Positions 24,419-38,544 of a DNA stretch of 64,000 nt are shown in pieces. Every line of letters starts with the position of its first letter. The stretch's first letter is position 1. A program made the position numbers and the translations under genes. The notes under the pieces are model-generated. The model ran no database searches. It was not told the origin of the DNA and worked only from the letters and a program-made list of their open reading frames with translations. This stretch comes from Narcine bancroftii. Lineage: Eukaryota. The stretch is from positions 94,860,001-94,924,000 of the forward strand of contig NC_091476.1 in assembly GCF_036971445.1 (NCBI RefSeq). Direction: 5' to 3'.

Positions 24419-24896
24419 GAGTGAAATGTAATTGCTTCAGCAATATTTGTAAATAGATGCAGAAACTATGCATGATGTACTCCCCTTAAAACTGCATTAC
24501 TCGAATAAATTTAGAGATATACAAGGCACTTTCTAGATAAAGTTTAAAACCAAAAGGATTGGGGAAGCGAGGGAGAAATCTGGCCAGGTCAGAAAGTCAT
24601 AATCTCAATACAAAGCCATCGAGAGAGGCACAGAGAAAGCTACAAGTACAACCCAATGAATCAGTGTTCATCAGTCCTCAGTGCAAAACTTGCAAGCACA
24701 CAACCAGACAAAACATACATACAAATAATACATACACAGGATAAATATATAAAAATAAAATAAATATTGTTTAATAAATCATAGCATCTTGGATGATTAG
24801 TGTAAGCAGTTCATTGAATCGTTCAGCATTCTCAGATTGTGAGGCAGTTTCCCAGGACAAAGGGGCATTCATACTGTTCGAGAACAATGTTCAATG

Positions 24897-27800
24897 TGTG
24901 GCAGCACACTATCTCATGGCGAACCGGCCCCGCGTGTAACGCCACATTGCGGGGAAGCCATGGGAAGATGGCACCATTAGGGGTTTTTCCTGACTTCCGC
25001 GCAGCGCACGCCTCGGGCAGTGATTATGACATCACCACACATGTGGTGACTGAGCCAGTGCTGCCCTTAAAGGGGTGTGCAGTAAATTCAAATAAAACAG
25101 TTGTTAAAAACCCTCAATATGGTGGCTGTGCTTTCTTCATTTGAGCTTAGCGCCACATTGGTGACTCCGACAAGCCCAGACATCTTTCTGGTCTCCACGA
25201 CATGGATATAGCTGAGATTAATGCTGCGGCAATCAAGCTTCTCCCCTTCTGGACCCATTGCCTGTGGACGTGGTTTGGGCAGGCAGAAGCACAATTCCAG
25301 CTCAGAAACATTTCAGCAGATGCCACAATGCTCTACCACATCGTGAGCACACTGGACCAAGAAACAGCAGCTAGGGTGGATGACCTCATACACCATCCAC
25401 CCGCAGAGTGTAAATATACCACCCTCAAGAACTTGCTCCTTGACACATTTGTCATCACCCCCCCAGCAGCGGGCTTCCAGGCTCTTCCACCCGGACGGAC
25501 TTGGGGACAAAATGCTGGCCTTGGTGAAGGATCTTAAGCCTTGTTTCCTCTTCCACCAGATTTTCCTCGAGCAGGTGCCTGAGGATGTCCAGCTGCTCCT
25601 GGAAGATGAGGATTTGGCGGACCCACGTAAAGTCACGTCCCAGGGGGAATGCCCTCTGGCTCATGAAAAGGGAAAACGAGGCAGCCCTTGACCAGGTTTC
25701 GCAACCAGGGACCAGCCGACTGCAAGCCGCCCCTAAGCACAAGCCAGAGGAGAGCCATTCCACCTGGTGCCTTTATCACCAGTGCTGGGAAGCGCAAGCC
25801 CATAAGTGCCGGCAACCCTGCAGCTTCCAGGGAAATGACCAGGCCAGCCGCCGTTGATGGCTGCAACAGCTGGCCGCATGAACAGCCTCCTTCACGTCAC
25901 CGATAAATCCACCAGCCAGTGTTTCCTAGTGCACACAGGCGCTGAACTGAGCGTCCAACCCCCTTGAGACTCGCACCCGATCTCGCAGTCCAATCCTGCA
26001 GGTGGCCAATTCTTCCACTATCAAGATCTATGGTACCCATAGAGCACAGATCCACATTGGCAAAGAAAAATTCCACTGGATGTTCGTGTTGGATTTGGTG
26101 GGCACCGCATTGTTGGGGGTCGACTTCCTGAGGGCTCATGGCTTGCAGGTTGATATGAAGGGCAAGAGGCTAGTCAACACCCGTACGTTCCACTCAGTGT
26201 GCTTGAACACCGCGGATGCCTGCAAACCTGAGATCACCGCTGTTGCCGCCGCCAGGGATGAGTATTCAAGTTTTCTCCATGAGTTCCCCGCCACGCTTCA
26301 ATGCCACCTTGCCCCAGCATGGGGTGTTCCATCACATCTCCATGCAAGGCCCCCTGTTGCCCGCCAAACCCAGACGGCTGCCGCTCGAAAAGCTGCAACA
26401 GGCGAAGGAGGAATTTTCAAGGCTGCAAGAGTTGGGGATCATCCAGCGCTCGGAAAGCACCTGCGCATCACCCCTCCACATGGTCCCCAAATTGTCTGGT
26501 GGCTGGAAACCCTGTGGAGACTACTGGTGGCTGAACGATGCAACAAACCCCGACAGGTACCCAGTCCTTCACATCCAAGACTTCTCGGCCAACCTCCAGA
26601 GCACACAGGTCTTTTCCAGAGTCGACCTGGTGTGGGGCTATCACCAGATGCCAGCTGGTGACAACGTGGGAAAGACAGCGATCATCACCCCTTTCGGCCT
26701 TTACGAATTCCGCCGGGTGCCTTTCGGGTTAAAGAATGCAGCCCACACCTTCCAGCGCCTCATGGACTCAGTGGGTAGGAATTTAGACTTTGTGTTTATC
26801 TACCTCGATGATGTTCTCATCACCATCCACAACCGCGAAGAACACAAGGCCCATCTCCGCACCCTGTTTGCCCGGCTGGCGAACTTCAGCCTCACGGTCA
26901 ATGCAGCCAGTTTGGCAAGCAGTCACTGCAGTTCCTGGGACACACAATCTCAGCGGCTGGGCTGATGATCGGGCGCGAGAGTGTGTCCATTGTCCTTGCT
27001 CACTCTGTGCCAGATGTTGGTGGTGAACACCAACACGTAAGAGAGGTGGTGCTGTTGCCTGGCTGACCACAGGTCCTTGGCCATCGCAAGAAGGTGGCAG
27101 CCATCCAACATTTCCCCAAACCATCCACCCTCAAAGACCTGCAGGAGTTCGTGGGGATGGTGAACATTTACCATTGTTTTATCCCCGGCGCCACCTGTAC
27201 CATGTGTCCACTGTTTGCACTGATCACTGCAAAGGGAAAAGACTTTATCCTGGTCGGAAGAGGCAGACAGGGCTTTTATGACAATGAAGGAGGCCCTCAC
27301 CAGTGCGACGCTACTGGTGCACCTACGCCCGGAGGCACACACAGTGCTCTCGGTGGTTGCCTAAGTCATGGCGGTCGGGGGAGTTCTGGAGCAATGGCTT
27401 AATGGAGAATGGCTTCCACTGGCCTTTTTCAGTAAGCAGCTGTGTCCGCCGGAGCTCAAGTCCAGTGCGTTTGATTGGGAACTCCTGGTGCTGTACTTGG
27501 CCATCCACCATTTCCGTTACTTCCTAGAGGTCAGACCCTTCACGGCCTTCACAGACCACAAGCACCTCACCCAGGTACTCGCAACGGCCAAGGACCTGTG
27601 GTCAGCCAGGGAACAGCGCCACCTCTCTTACGTGGCGGTGTTCACCACCGACATCCGGCACAGAGCAGGCAAGGACAATGTGGGAGTGGACGCATTCTTT
27701 CCCCCGGCCTTGACTATACACAGTTGGCCCAGGCCCAGCGACATGATGCAGAAACACAAGCCCGCTGGACCGCCATCTCAGGCCTTAACCTCAAGGACAT

Positions 27801-28210
27801 CCAGTTGCCTAACAGCCAGGATATGCTGCTCTGTGACGTTTCCATGGGCCCACCACATCCAGTAATCCCACAGCAGTGGAGAGCAAGGGTCTTCAGTCTA
27901 GTCCACGACCTAGCTCACCCCTTGGTGAAGACATCCATGCGAATGGTGGCGGAGTTGGCTAGAAACTGCACCAAGTGCCAGGCCTCCAATGTCCACCAGC
28001 ACACACAGGTTCTGATCCAACACTTAGACTCATCGGCACGGAGGTTCCAGCACATCCATGTTGATGTTGTCTGTCCCTTGCCAATGTCCACGCACGTGGT
28101 GACTGAGCCAGCACTGCCCTTAAAGGGGCACATGCTAAATTCAAATAAAACAGTCATTAACGACCTTCAACGTGGTGGCTGTGCTTTCTTCAGCTGCACT
28201 TAGCGCCACA
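24897..28210 (+). mobile_element. CsRn1-clade Gypsy relic with internal deletion (most of INT, PPT and U3 lost)
   Basis: 5' LTR 24897-25157 (TGTGGC...GCCACA); partial 3' LTR ~28088-28210; TSD AATG/AGTG; gag CLYHQCWEAQAHKCRQPC (CX2HX9CX3C); RT YLDD in ORF 26216-26965; RH TDHK; INT stops at HIHVDVVCPLP. Confidence 0.9.
25159..25171 (+). promoter_or_regulatory. Primer-binding site, tRNA-Trp
   Basis: TGGTGACTCCGAC, one mismatch to the tRNA-Trp 3' complement TGGTGACCCCGAC, typical of CsRn1-clade elements. Confidence 0.8.
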
Positions 28211-30959
28211 AGTGCATGATTTCTATATTGCTTGCAGTTCAGTTTACCACAACTACACCAGCATCATAGGTGGTGGGCCTTCATTTATTATATAAATTGG
28301 TTCCCATTAGTAATGGGCAGAAGAGGGTAGATTGAATTGGGATTAGTGCAGGATAAGGTCTGATGGTCAGCATGGAGTCAATACGCCAAAGAGCCAGTAT
28401 CTGTCCTGTTCTACTCCATGACCTCTTTATTCCAATCTCATTCAAGTTTTGTTGAGGTTATGTCAGACATGCTAACATCTGTATTTGTGTGTAGGGACAC
28501 AATCAGCTTTTTTAGGATCTGAGTTCGAGATTGAGTTGTCCCCAAATCGTGTCCTCTCTTTCTGATGCTCCGAAATGAATTGGAGTGCTCCAGTTTTTGT
28601 CCAGTTGAGACCAATTCATTCAGATAAGAGTTATGTTTGAACATGGGGCATTGAAGGCCCTCAAAATTGCTTCGGGCAATTCTATTAATCAAGCCAATTT
28701 TTCATCAGGCATTGCTTCATTTAATGTTTTCTGATGGGCACAAGGAGCAAGTTAATTACCCATGTAATATTAACATTAATTATTGCCTAGGTGACAGCTA
28801 TGTGGTAGCCAGGGCCAGCAGAACATCGATTTATCATTCCATTTACCTGCAAGTTCTTGTTCAACCTGTCAAATTGACTTCAAGAGGAGAACCAGCTGAC
28901 TGCTCTGTGGAGATATGACGGCTCCCTATCATCGTCATTATCAGCTGCTGGTACTGTGTTGACAAATTGTTTAGGGTTAGAACGTGGGAATGATGTTTGA
29001 TAAGTTCAGGCTTTGATTCATTATTAAGGCTTCAGATCAGGTTGAAAATTATTTCAGCTTCAGGGCAAATGGCGCATTGCAAATTTAGATCACATTTGAC
29101 ACCATTTCATGTCAATGTCGGTTGTAATAGAAATTTCCTGGTTCACTTCAAGAAATAAGTAGGAAAGGAACAGTTGTTAAAAGTAGTGGCATTTGTCTTC
29201 ATCCCTCTCTCCACTTCCAACATTCCTTAACCTTGAACTCCTACATTAATTATAACAAGTGCTATCTGTCTTAGAGTACGACACACAAGTGGTCTTCATT
29301 CATGACTGGAGTTTCAAAAAGACTCAAGTTAATGTCTATTTTAATAAGAGAAATAGACAAATTTTCCTGTTTGTAATTGGATATGCCCTGTGATTTTCAA
29401 ATGCTTTGCAGTTATTTAAACAGATCACTAATCTGAAGCATTTGAACAATAATCCAATGAAAACAACAAATGCTGGAAATACCTGTGAAGAAATCCAGAC
29501 GCGAAATGTTAACTGCTCCTCTTCCTGCAAGTGCTTCCTGACATTTTGCATTCTTGATCGATAATCTAACAACAGAATTTAAAATTGAATTTCATACTTT
29601 AAAAAAATAAATCTGAAGTGAGCTCTGTTATTAATGAAAGTGTCCATGAAATGTCAGAATGTCAGAAATCTTCAAATAGTTTATCACCATCTCAAAGAAA
29701 AACACACCTGCCGTTTTAGCCAAAATAGCCTTCAAGTGACTTCAATCACACAAGATGATTAAAACTTGACTCTCCTTTGAAAAGTCATGCTCTACTCTCA
29801 ATTGGACTTGTGGTACCAATCTAGAATTGATGTTGAATAGAAATTCTGAAATGTTTAACCCAACTGTCTGGAGGGAGTCCAGTGAAAACTGGGACTGCAA
29901 CAAGAAATAAAATGATGGTTCTCCACCATTTCCTGAATGGCATTTTGGTGGGTACATTTTGGTGACTTTACAAATGATGCCCCAATCCATGGGTCAAAAA
30001 TATAGATTAGAAAACCTTTGTTACTTACATCAAACTGCTGTTAATGTAAAAGGCAACCAGATGAACCTCTTGATTTCAATATGGATAACAGATTTGGGAA
30101 CATCAGAATATTCAGCAAACACCTCATTAATAGGCAAGCAATGACTTTGCCTTCCTTTGCAGTCTCCTCATCTACACAGAAGTAGGATATTCAGCCGATC
30201 ACGTACATGTCAACTCCCAGAAAGATAATGCCAATATTTCCATTCACCTCTCCTGAGAGATTTGTTTTCCAGCAACTTATTTTCTCTAGCTAGGACCATC
30301 AACCATCCTTCAGTTATTTTGTCACTAGCTGACACTTAATGGTAATTTACAGAAGCTAATTAAACTAGCAGCACATTATTATGCTGACATGGGAAGAAAT
30401 TGGTTGGGGGGCATTGCTCAATGAAAAGCCATGGATTCTGGGAATTACCTTGCAAACTCTATGCACGCAGCATTCAAAGTAAATATCAAACCTGGACACG
30501 TAGAGACATGAGACACCTAAACCAATGGCTGAACCAACCTGCTGCCTCTGTAGGAGTTCAACATAAAAATAAACCTGAAATATTCTACATGAATCACAGT
30601 GAAAGGATGGCACCATGAGGGTTACTAAAATGTGGTCATGAGGGACTTGATGAAGTAATACAAGAGAGTTATTTCAGAATCATCCTGTACAAGCTCACGG
30701 GGATCCGGAAGAAGAAAAGGGTTACAAAGTTGTTCTTTGTTAAGTGGTTGGTAGAGTAGGACTCATATAAACCAGCTCATGTATGTATGCTGTGGGGATT
30801 CATTGAACAGCTCGTTTTAGGACAAGTGTGGTGCAAATTCCATATTTGGGATTGTTCCTCAATATCTTTATCCAGGATCTGCAGGCCTTATTCATTATGA
30901 CCATTCACCATCCCTTTCTGCCCTGCAGCCAGGAAGATTTGGATTCATTCTGCAGATGT

Positions 30960-31270
30960 GCCGCACAAGGAAGTAGGTGAAGGAGTAGTTCATCCAGCCC
31001 CTGAATCATTCCTTGTCATTCAATGTTATCATGGCAAATGTACGTTGGCCTCAACTTCTCTTCCACACCAGGTTCCATATCCTTCAATACCTTGACTTTT
31101 CTAATATTTATCTATTTCTACCTTAAATATATTGAAAGATCTGTTCACCTCCACTCTGCAGAACAAAACATTCCAGAAAATCATTGCCTCTGATAGAAGA
31201 AATCTCAAGCACCACAATTTTAAATGATCTACCTTTGACCTTTGAGTATCTGTCCCTTGCTCATTATTCA
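30960..31270 (-). mobile_element. Old CR1 3' fragment
   Basis: 'ggaagtaggtgaaggagtag...cattcaatgttatcatggc' resembles the CR1 3' UTR; ORF 31101-31313 contains FWN...NIFKVEIDKY. Confidence 0.6.
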
Positions 31271-34200
31271 CCCTTTGGTGATAATGTCCACAGGTTTGGT
31301 TGAAAATCAGCATGAACTTTTAGTTGATATATATGTAAAAAACACAGAGTAAACAAGAAAGACAGTTCATTATTCAGCTGAGCAAAGTAATGATAAAAAG
31401 ATGTGGGAAAAGGAGCCAACGTGTTGCAGTACAGTAAGTTTAGTTCTAGTCCATGTAGCACAGAATGAATGGGTGAAATTGTTTCTGCTCACGTTAGCTT
31501 TCTTAGGCAGGTAATTCAATTTCATTCTGACACTATAACCAGGTCTTTTGAATTGGAACCATTAGCTCAGTCAACCATGTGCTGCCAAGGATGTCAAAAG
31601 AACTGAATTACTAACCTTGCAGCTATGGTGGGGGAGTAGAACATTAGTCCCATATTTTTGTAGTTCCACAGATCTCTGCTTTGTCACTTGATGCCTCTTA
31701 GCCATCTTCCTGCTCAGATGTACCTGGACACCAATGGCATGGATCCCAATGCCCCCTCCCTGCTAACAGGTACCAATCAGTCATAGAGATTAAGGAGCTT
31801 TAAAATACCCAACTACATTGTTACCTTTGAAGAAAAATAGAACACACATATTGAACTTTGTTTGACTTGAAAGCAAATGACCGGGTTTCTGCATGATTTA
31901 TTACATATTCTCTGTTAAAATTCACAATGTCCTTCAAATGTTTCTTTGAATTGCACTGCAGAGAAGTCTATGGCACTTTAGTACTTCTGAACATTGAACA
32001 CTGAAAGTTGGATTGAAATATGGAAGTCAAGTAAATGAAAAGTTCTGAAGGTGTTGTTCAAGATGATTTAAAAAAAGGTGAATAAGTTGAGCCCCAGAAT
32101 AGGTTGGAGAATGGTAAATGAAATTAATTTATCACAGATTCCAATGCTGTAAATTCTTCTTGAAAATATTTTCAGTTAATACACTGAACCTAGTTGCTTC
32201 TGTTCATCATTTCAGCCAAGATGCAAGCCAATTTTTTTTAAATTAAATTAAAACTTGGCAGTAGAGTGGTGAAAGAAATTTAGCGCAAATTGCATTAATG
32301 CTCATATACTTGATTTCCAAAACAGGCATTTACAGTTAGTACTTTTTAAATGTAGAGGATTTCTTCTTTGCTATCTTCAGCTGTATTTCATTATTAACTT
32401 TTTTATCAGCTAACACTGCATACTTCATTTGTTCTGTAGACGCTGATCTTGCAGTTGTTTGGACAGCTCGCCACTTGCCCAGGGACCTCTTATGAAATCA
32501 ATAATATTCCAGCTCTAAAGCTTCCCATTAATAATGAGAGGAATCAGTAATCAGAATATTAATGCACGTGTTAAAAGCTCTGGAGCCATATTATTTTAGC
32601 AGGCGAGCAGAAGGGATGATAATGATCTGGAAGATCAGTGCTCAATGTGTTGCTGCAACATGAGATAAACATTAGAAGGTCCAGTTGGTTTGAATGTAAA
32701 CAAGCATATTAAGGAATGGAGAAAAAAAAGGCTCAACTTTAAATAGCCTCAGCTTCTGGATGGCAGGGGAACTCCTGTGATCTCTTTGACTGTAAATGCA
32801 AATTTCTTTTTTTCTGCAATATTTCTTACCTGAAGCAGGCTGGAATGCAGTAGGAGCTGAAGACAGGGCAAAATAGAGTTGGATCTCTGGAAAACTGTCC
32901 ACAAAAGTGAGACGCTTGTGCAGCCAGACACATTGCAAATGGAGCAGAACTGCACAAGTGTACGTGGACTTCCTCACTGAGTATGAAAAATAACTTCTGT
33001 TCCTTCAACTCTCAAACCTCCAGTTCTTCCATTTTTTGCTCGACCATTCTGCCTCCAGTTTTCTCATTCCCTTGTCCCAATTGCCTTCCATGCCGTTATC
33101 GTCGTTTGTGAGTATTCTTCTATGCCTACTCACCATTCTCTCATTCTAATTCAGCGTTTGTTCTCCCACACTGTTTTTCCATTTTCCTAGATTCACCCAA
33201 TCCCTGCCCCCATTCTCATACCCTCCATTCCTCTACATGGGACTCAGCTCAATTCTCCTAATCCCTTCATTTCCAAATTCCTGGTCACAAATCAACTCAA
33301 GAAAAAGTTTCAGGACTGCAACTTGCACAGTTTATTTGGCCTTGGATATTTTACTGTTATTGCACATGAGGCATTTAGTTGTCAAAATGGATATTAAAAT
33401 GGTGCGTGATGAGGTTATAACTATCATTCAAATTAGGTCCCTGGGACAGGTAAAGCATGCTGAAGCTGAGATAGAACATGTTGGGAATGTACATGAGAGT
33501 GTATTGCCATATACACAAGTGTAATTTACGAATGCTCGGGAATATTTGCTGCACCACTCAGATACATAAACAATAACATCAACACCACAATATGCCATGA
33601 GACAGAAAAAGAGGTCATAAATATTAGAGGATAGACAAGTAAATATTTGGAGTTGCAAGTTGGAGAAAAATTGTGAAAATGAATTTCACCTCCACCCCAC
33701 CCAGAAAAATAAATGTTATTCCTTATAATTTTGCTAATATTTCCACACAGTTTGGAGGAGCTTGAAAGGCCCTTTTAGTTTTATTTATCTAAATGAAAAA
33801 CCTCATCTCTTGGATCACAGAAAAGCAGATAAATAATAAAATATAATGAAAAAGAAATATGCTTCAGCTTGAGACTTTTTACATGGTTTATGGTTGAAAA
33901 TTACAGAGGATGCGAGAAATAATTAATCTTATTCAGAAGTGCAGGTTTTAAAATCACGTTGAAACTGTGTGCTGCCCAATGATCAAATCCACCCACCATT
34001 GATTAATGAATTGCCGTGCTTAATCATATAGTTATTGTTACTGCAATGAGTTTGTTACACCAAGGTTGAAACACTATAAAACTCTGTTTTAAGTATGTAT
34101 GAAATGCTAACAATAATTCTTGCCGCTGTCTCAAAAATGTAAATAATGATAATTAATGCACACAGAATACAGATTCATTCTTTCTTCTAAGTCGAATGTT

Positions 34201-35449
34201 TCGCATTTTAAACTAGCTTCAAAATGGGCAAGCAATTGGCCGTTTGGTGGAAGGAGACTCAGTCCAGTGTCTAATGGGTGGAGAGGTGGGGGTACGATGT
34301 CTGCCAAGGAAACAACAAATATTGTGGAAGACATCTGCAGAGAAAAGTCCACATTCTGATTCATTCCTGTGGATCATCTCCTTCAATGTACTAAACTATG
34401 CTTAGCTGTGGGATGAACGCCACAAGGTAAACATGAGTGACTTCCAATACCGTTTCATGTCCGCATCTCTAATACATATCCATTTCTAGTGCTTTTCCAT
34501 GTATTACTTGCAAGAAGCACTTTCGTTATTTGATTGCTCTGAAACAAAAATAATCTGTATTCTTGAAATCAAAGCTACTGCTAATTTGACCCAATCTTTC
34601 ATTCAAAGATTCTGAGGCTAATTATCGTGGAGCCCACTGCTACACCTAAGTGTGACTGATCATCATAGATGCAGACAAAGATCACACTGAAGCCTCTTTA
34701 TGCGTGCATGTAACACAGTGTGTGGCCTCTGCTATCAAAAATTAAACTCTCCATTGTTTTATTGCACATACTACAGGCAACTATATGGAATCTCCAATTT
34801 ATGTGGAGTTTTTATTGTTTCCCATTGTATTTTCTATAATAGGATGTCTATTTTTTGTTAGCTGCTGAGTATGCTCAGTGTAATAAATAGAGATTTGCAA
34901 TGACTCATTAAGTATGAGCTATAATTCATTATTGCTAAATTAACTTGGACTCCTCAGCAAACTGATTTAGTGAGAGGCTTTAATAGCTCCCAATCTAAAG
35001 GCTGCAGTGGTGACCGAATGTATGGAGTATGAGATTTAAAAAAAAAAATAGGTTTATAGATATCATCTGTTGCTCTGCACATCTTGAGAATGAAAGATAG
35101 GTAGCGTTGTTCTTATTGAAGTTTTATTGAGTTTTTCCGAATGAAATTCAAGCCCTCGCTGCACAGACACCTGCGCATATGATTTTTGGTAGGTTTTTTT
35201 CCCCATTCCATCTTACCAAGCATCAATAATCGGCCAAAGTCTCATTTGTGCTCCTTGGCAGTTATACAGTCCCAGCTAAAATATGACATTTTCTCTTTAT
35301 TTAATTACTACTCACTTCTCCTAATCACACAAAACACTAGATTTGAAAATGATGAGGTCTCAGATCTTTATTTATTAAAAAAAAAGAGAATACAGATTCT
35401 GTGGCATTTTTAATAAATTAGGCCCTGAGAGATGGGATAGAATTACTCC

Positions 35450-35660
35450 TCCCTCTCCCATCCTTCCTCCTTTCTCTCTCATCTTTAATTAAGATGCCTG
35501 CCTGCTTTTTGCTTATTCCTTGAAGAAAAACTTAGACTGGAAATGTCAGTAATATATCTTTACCTCCTATTGATGCTGTGAAACCGGCTGTGTTCCTGCA
35601 CATTTCTGCATGTTTTTACTACAATCTCAGCATCTGCAGACTTTCAAGTTTCACTCTAAT
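35450..35660 (+). mobile_element. Penelope-derived terminal repeat fragment
   Basis: 'ccttgaagaa...gatgctg...cagcatctgcagactt' pattern of fish/shark Penelope termini, recalled rather than aligned. Confidence 0.45.
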
Positions 35661-35919
35661 GTTATAGCTGGATCAGGTTTAACTGCAAGACTAGATGAGA
35701 CCTACTCAAGGTAACAAAGAGAGAAAATTACACTTGTGCTGCTTTTATACTCCTGGGGCTGGCATCTGGCCCAGGTATCAAGTCATGTGACTTCAGATGA
35801 AAAGGATGACAATAGGAAGGTGGCTTAGTCTGAGTATTGAGTCTTGTGACTCACAGGTCAAAATGGCCTAAAGCAAAAGGTCAGGATGGTCATTGCGGAC
35901 AAGTGCTCTGCAAATCAAT

Positions 35920-36320
35920 CACTTAGTTGCAGAGGAAATGTTCAAGAATGAGGACAGAATGATTGACAAGACATGAACGGTTCAGGGTATCATGGAGAGA
36001 ATGGCCTGTGTAGAGGGCTGAATAGATGTGGCAGTGGTGTGATCCTGCTGCATCTGACAGAAATGACAAAGGTTGATGTGCTGGATGGAGAGAGTCACAA
36101 GTAGGAATGTAAGAATAACGGGAACTACCTGTGTTCTGTTTGTTCGGAAGTGGTGAGAGCAGAAGCCTGGCCAATGGAGGAAATATGAGAGGGGATTCCA
36201 TTAGCTGTAGCCAAAGGAGAGCTATGTGTTTTGAAAAAAGGATGATGTTTTGGATGTCCTGAAATGAAAGGACTCATCTTGGAAGGGAGACTGGGAGGAA
36301 GAGTTGGCATCCTTACAAAT
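35920..36320 (-). mobile_element. Penelope-like element fragment (post-RT linker)
   Basis: Degenerate minus-strand peptides (PSKMSPFISGHPKHHPFF; HSLHDTLNRS); likely continues the RT piece at 46395-46745. Confidence 0.55.
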
Positions 36321-38544
36321 GGGTTAACAATAAATTCACTGAAATCAATTTACCGATGAAAATTCACCATCTATCAAATTCTTTGGCTTGGCTTCGCGGA
36401 CGAAGATTTATGGAGGGGTAATGTCCACGTCAGCTGCAGGCTCGTTTGTGGCTGACAAGTCCGATGCGGGACAGGCAGACATGGTTGTAGCAGTTGCAAG
36501 GGAAAATTGGTTGGTTGGGGTTGGGTGTGGTGTTTCATCTCCTTTGTCTTTTGTCAGTGAGGTGGGCTCTGGGGTCTTCTTCAAAGGAGGTTGCTGCCTG
36601 CCGAACTGTGAGGCGCCAAGATGCACAGTTTGAGGCGATATCAGCCCACTGGCAGTGGTCAATGTGGCAGGCACCAAGAGATTTCTTTAGGCAGTCCTTG
36701 TACCTCTTCTTTGGTGCACCTCTGTCTCGGTGGCCAGTAGAGATCTCGCCATAGAACACAATCTTGGGAAGGCGATGGTCCTCCATTCTGGAAACGTGAC
36801 CTACCCAGCGCAGTTGGATCTTCAGCAGCTTGGATTCGATGCTGTCGGCCTCTGCCATCTCGAGTACTTCGATGTTGGTGATGAAGTTGCTCCAATGAAT
36901 GTTGAGGATGCAGTGGAGACAATGCTGGTGGAAGCGTTCTAGGAGCTGTAGGTGATGCCGGTAGAGGACCCATGATTTGGTGCCGAACAGGAGTGTGGGT
37001 ATGACAACGGTTCTGTATACATTAATCTTCGTGAGGTTTTTCAGTTGGTTGTTTTTCCAGACTCATTTGTGTAGTCTTCCAAAGGCACTATTTGCCTTGG
37101 CGAGTCTGTTGTCTATCTCGTTGTCGATCCTTGCATCCGATGAAATGGTGCAGCAGAGATAGGTAAGCTGGTTGACCGTTTTGAGTTTTGTGTGCCCGAT
37201 GGAGATGTGGGGGGGCTGGTAGTCATGGTGGGGAGCTGGCTGATGAAGGACCTCAGTTTTCTTCAGGCTGACTTCAAGGCCAAACATTTTGGCAGTTTCC
37301 GCAAAACAGGACGTCAAGCACTGAAGAGCTGGCTCTGAATGGGCAACTAAAGCGGCATCGTCAGCAAAGAGTAGTTCAAGGATGAGTTGCTCTTGTGTCT
37401 TAGTGTGAGCTCGCAGGCACCTCAGATTGAAGAGACTGCCATCCGTGCGGTACCGGATGTAAACAGCGTCTTCATTGTTGGGGTCTTTCATGGCTTGGTT
37501 CAGCATCATGCTGAAGAAGATTGAAAAGAGGGTTGGTGCGAGAACACAGCCTTGCTTCACGCCATTGTTAATGGAGAAGGGTTCAGAGAGCTCATTGCTG
37601 TATCTGACCCGACCTTTTTGGTTTCGTGCAGTTGGATAACCATGTTGAGGAACTTTGGGGGGCATCCGAGGCGCTCTAATATTTGCCAAAGCCCTTTCCT
37701 ACTCACGGTGTCGAAGGCTTTGGTGAGGTCAACAAAGGTGATGTAGAGTCCTTTGTTTTGTTCTCTGCACTTTTCTTCGAGCTGTCTGAGGGAAAGACCA
37801 TGTCAGTAGTTCCTCTGTTTGCACGAAAGCCACACTGTGATTCTGGGAGAACATTTTTTGCGACACTAGGTATTATTCTATTTAGGAGAATCCTAGCAAA
37901 GATTTTGCCTGCAATGGAGAGCAGCATGATTCCCCTGTAGTTTGAGCAGTCTGATTTCTCACCTTTTTTTATGTACAGGGTGATGATGATGGCATCACGA
38001 AGGTCCTGAGGCAGCTTTTCTTGGTCCCAGCAGAGCTTGAAAAACTCATGCAATTTGGCATGCAGAGTTTTGCCGCCAGCCTTCCAGACCTCTGGGGGGA
38101 TTCCATCCATACCTGCTGCTTTGCCACTTTTCAGTTGTTCAATTGCCTTATATGTCTCTTCCCGGGTGAGGACCTCATCCAGCTCTAACCTTAAGGGCTA
38201 TTGAGGGAGCTGGATTCTTGGACTGAGTGGTTGACACTGAAAAGAGATTAGAAGTGTTCTGACCATCAGTTGAGGATGGAGATCTTGTCGCTGAGGAGGA
38301 CTTTGCCATCTGAGCTGCGCAGCAGGCTTTGGACTTGGGATGAGGGGCCATACACAGCCTTTAGAGCCTCGCAAAAACCCCTGAAATCGCCAATGTCCGC
38401 GCTGAGCTGGGTTCATTTGGCGAGGCTAGTCCACCACTCATTTTTGATCTCCTGGAGTTTGCGCTGAAGATGGCTGCATGCGCGACGGAAGGCTCGTTTC
38501 TTCTTTGGCCAGGGTGGCTTTGCAAGGTGAGCCTGGTGGGCAGC

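Noticed and set aside
30480-30960. Possible decayed Gypsy integrase zinc-finger remnant
   Set aside because: Too degenerate to support by eye
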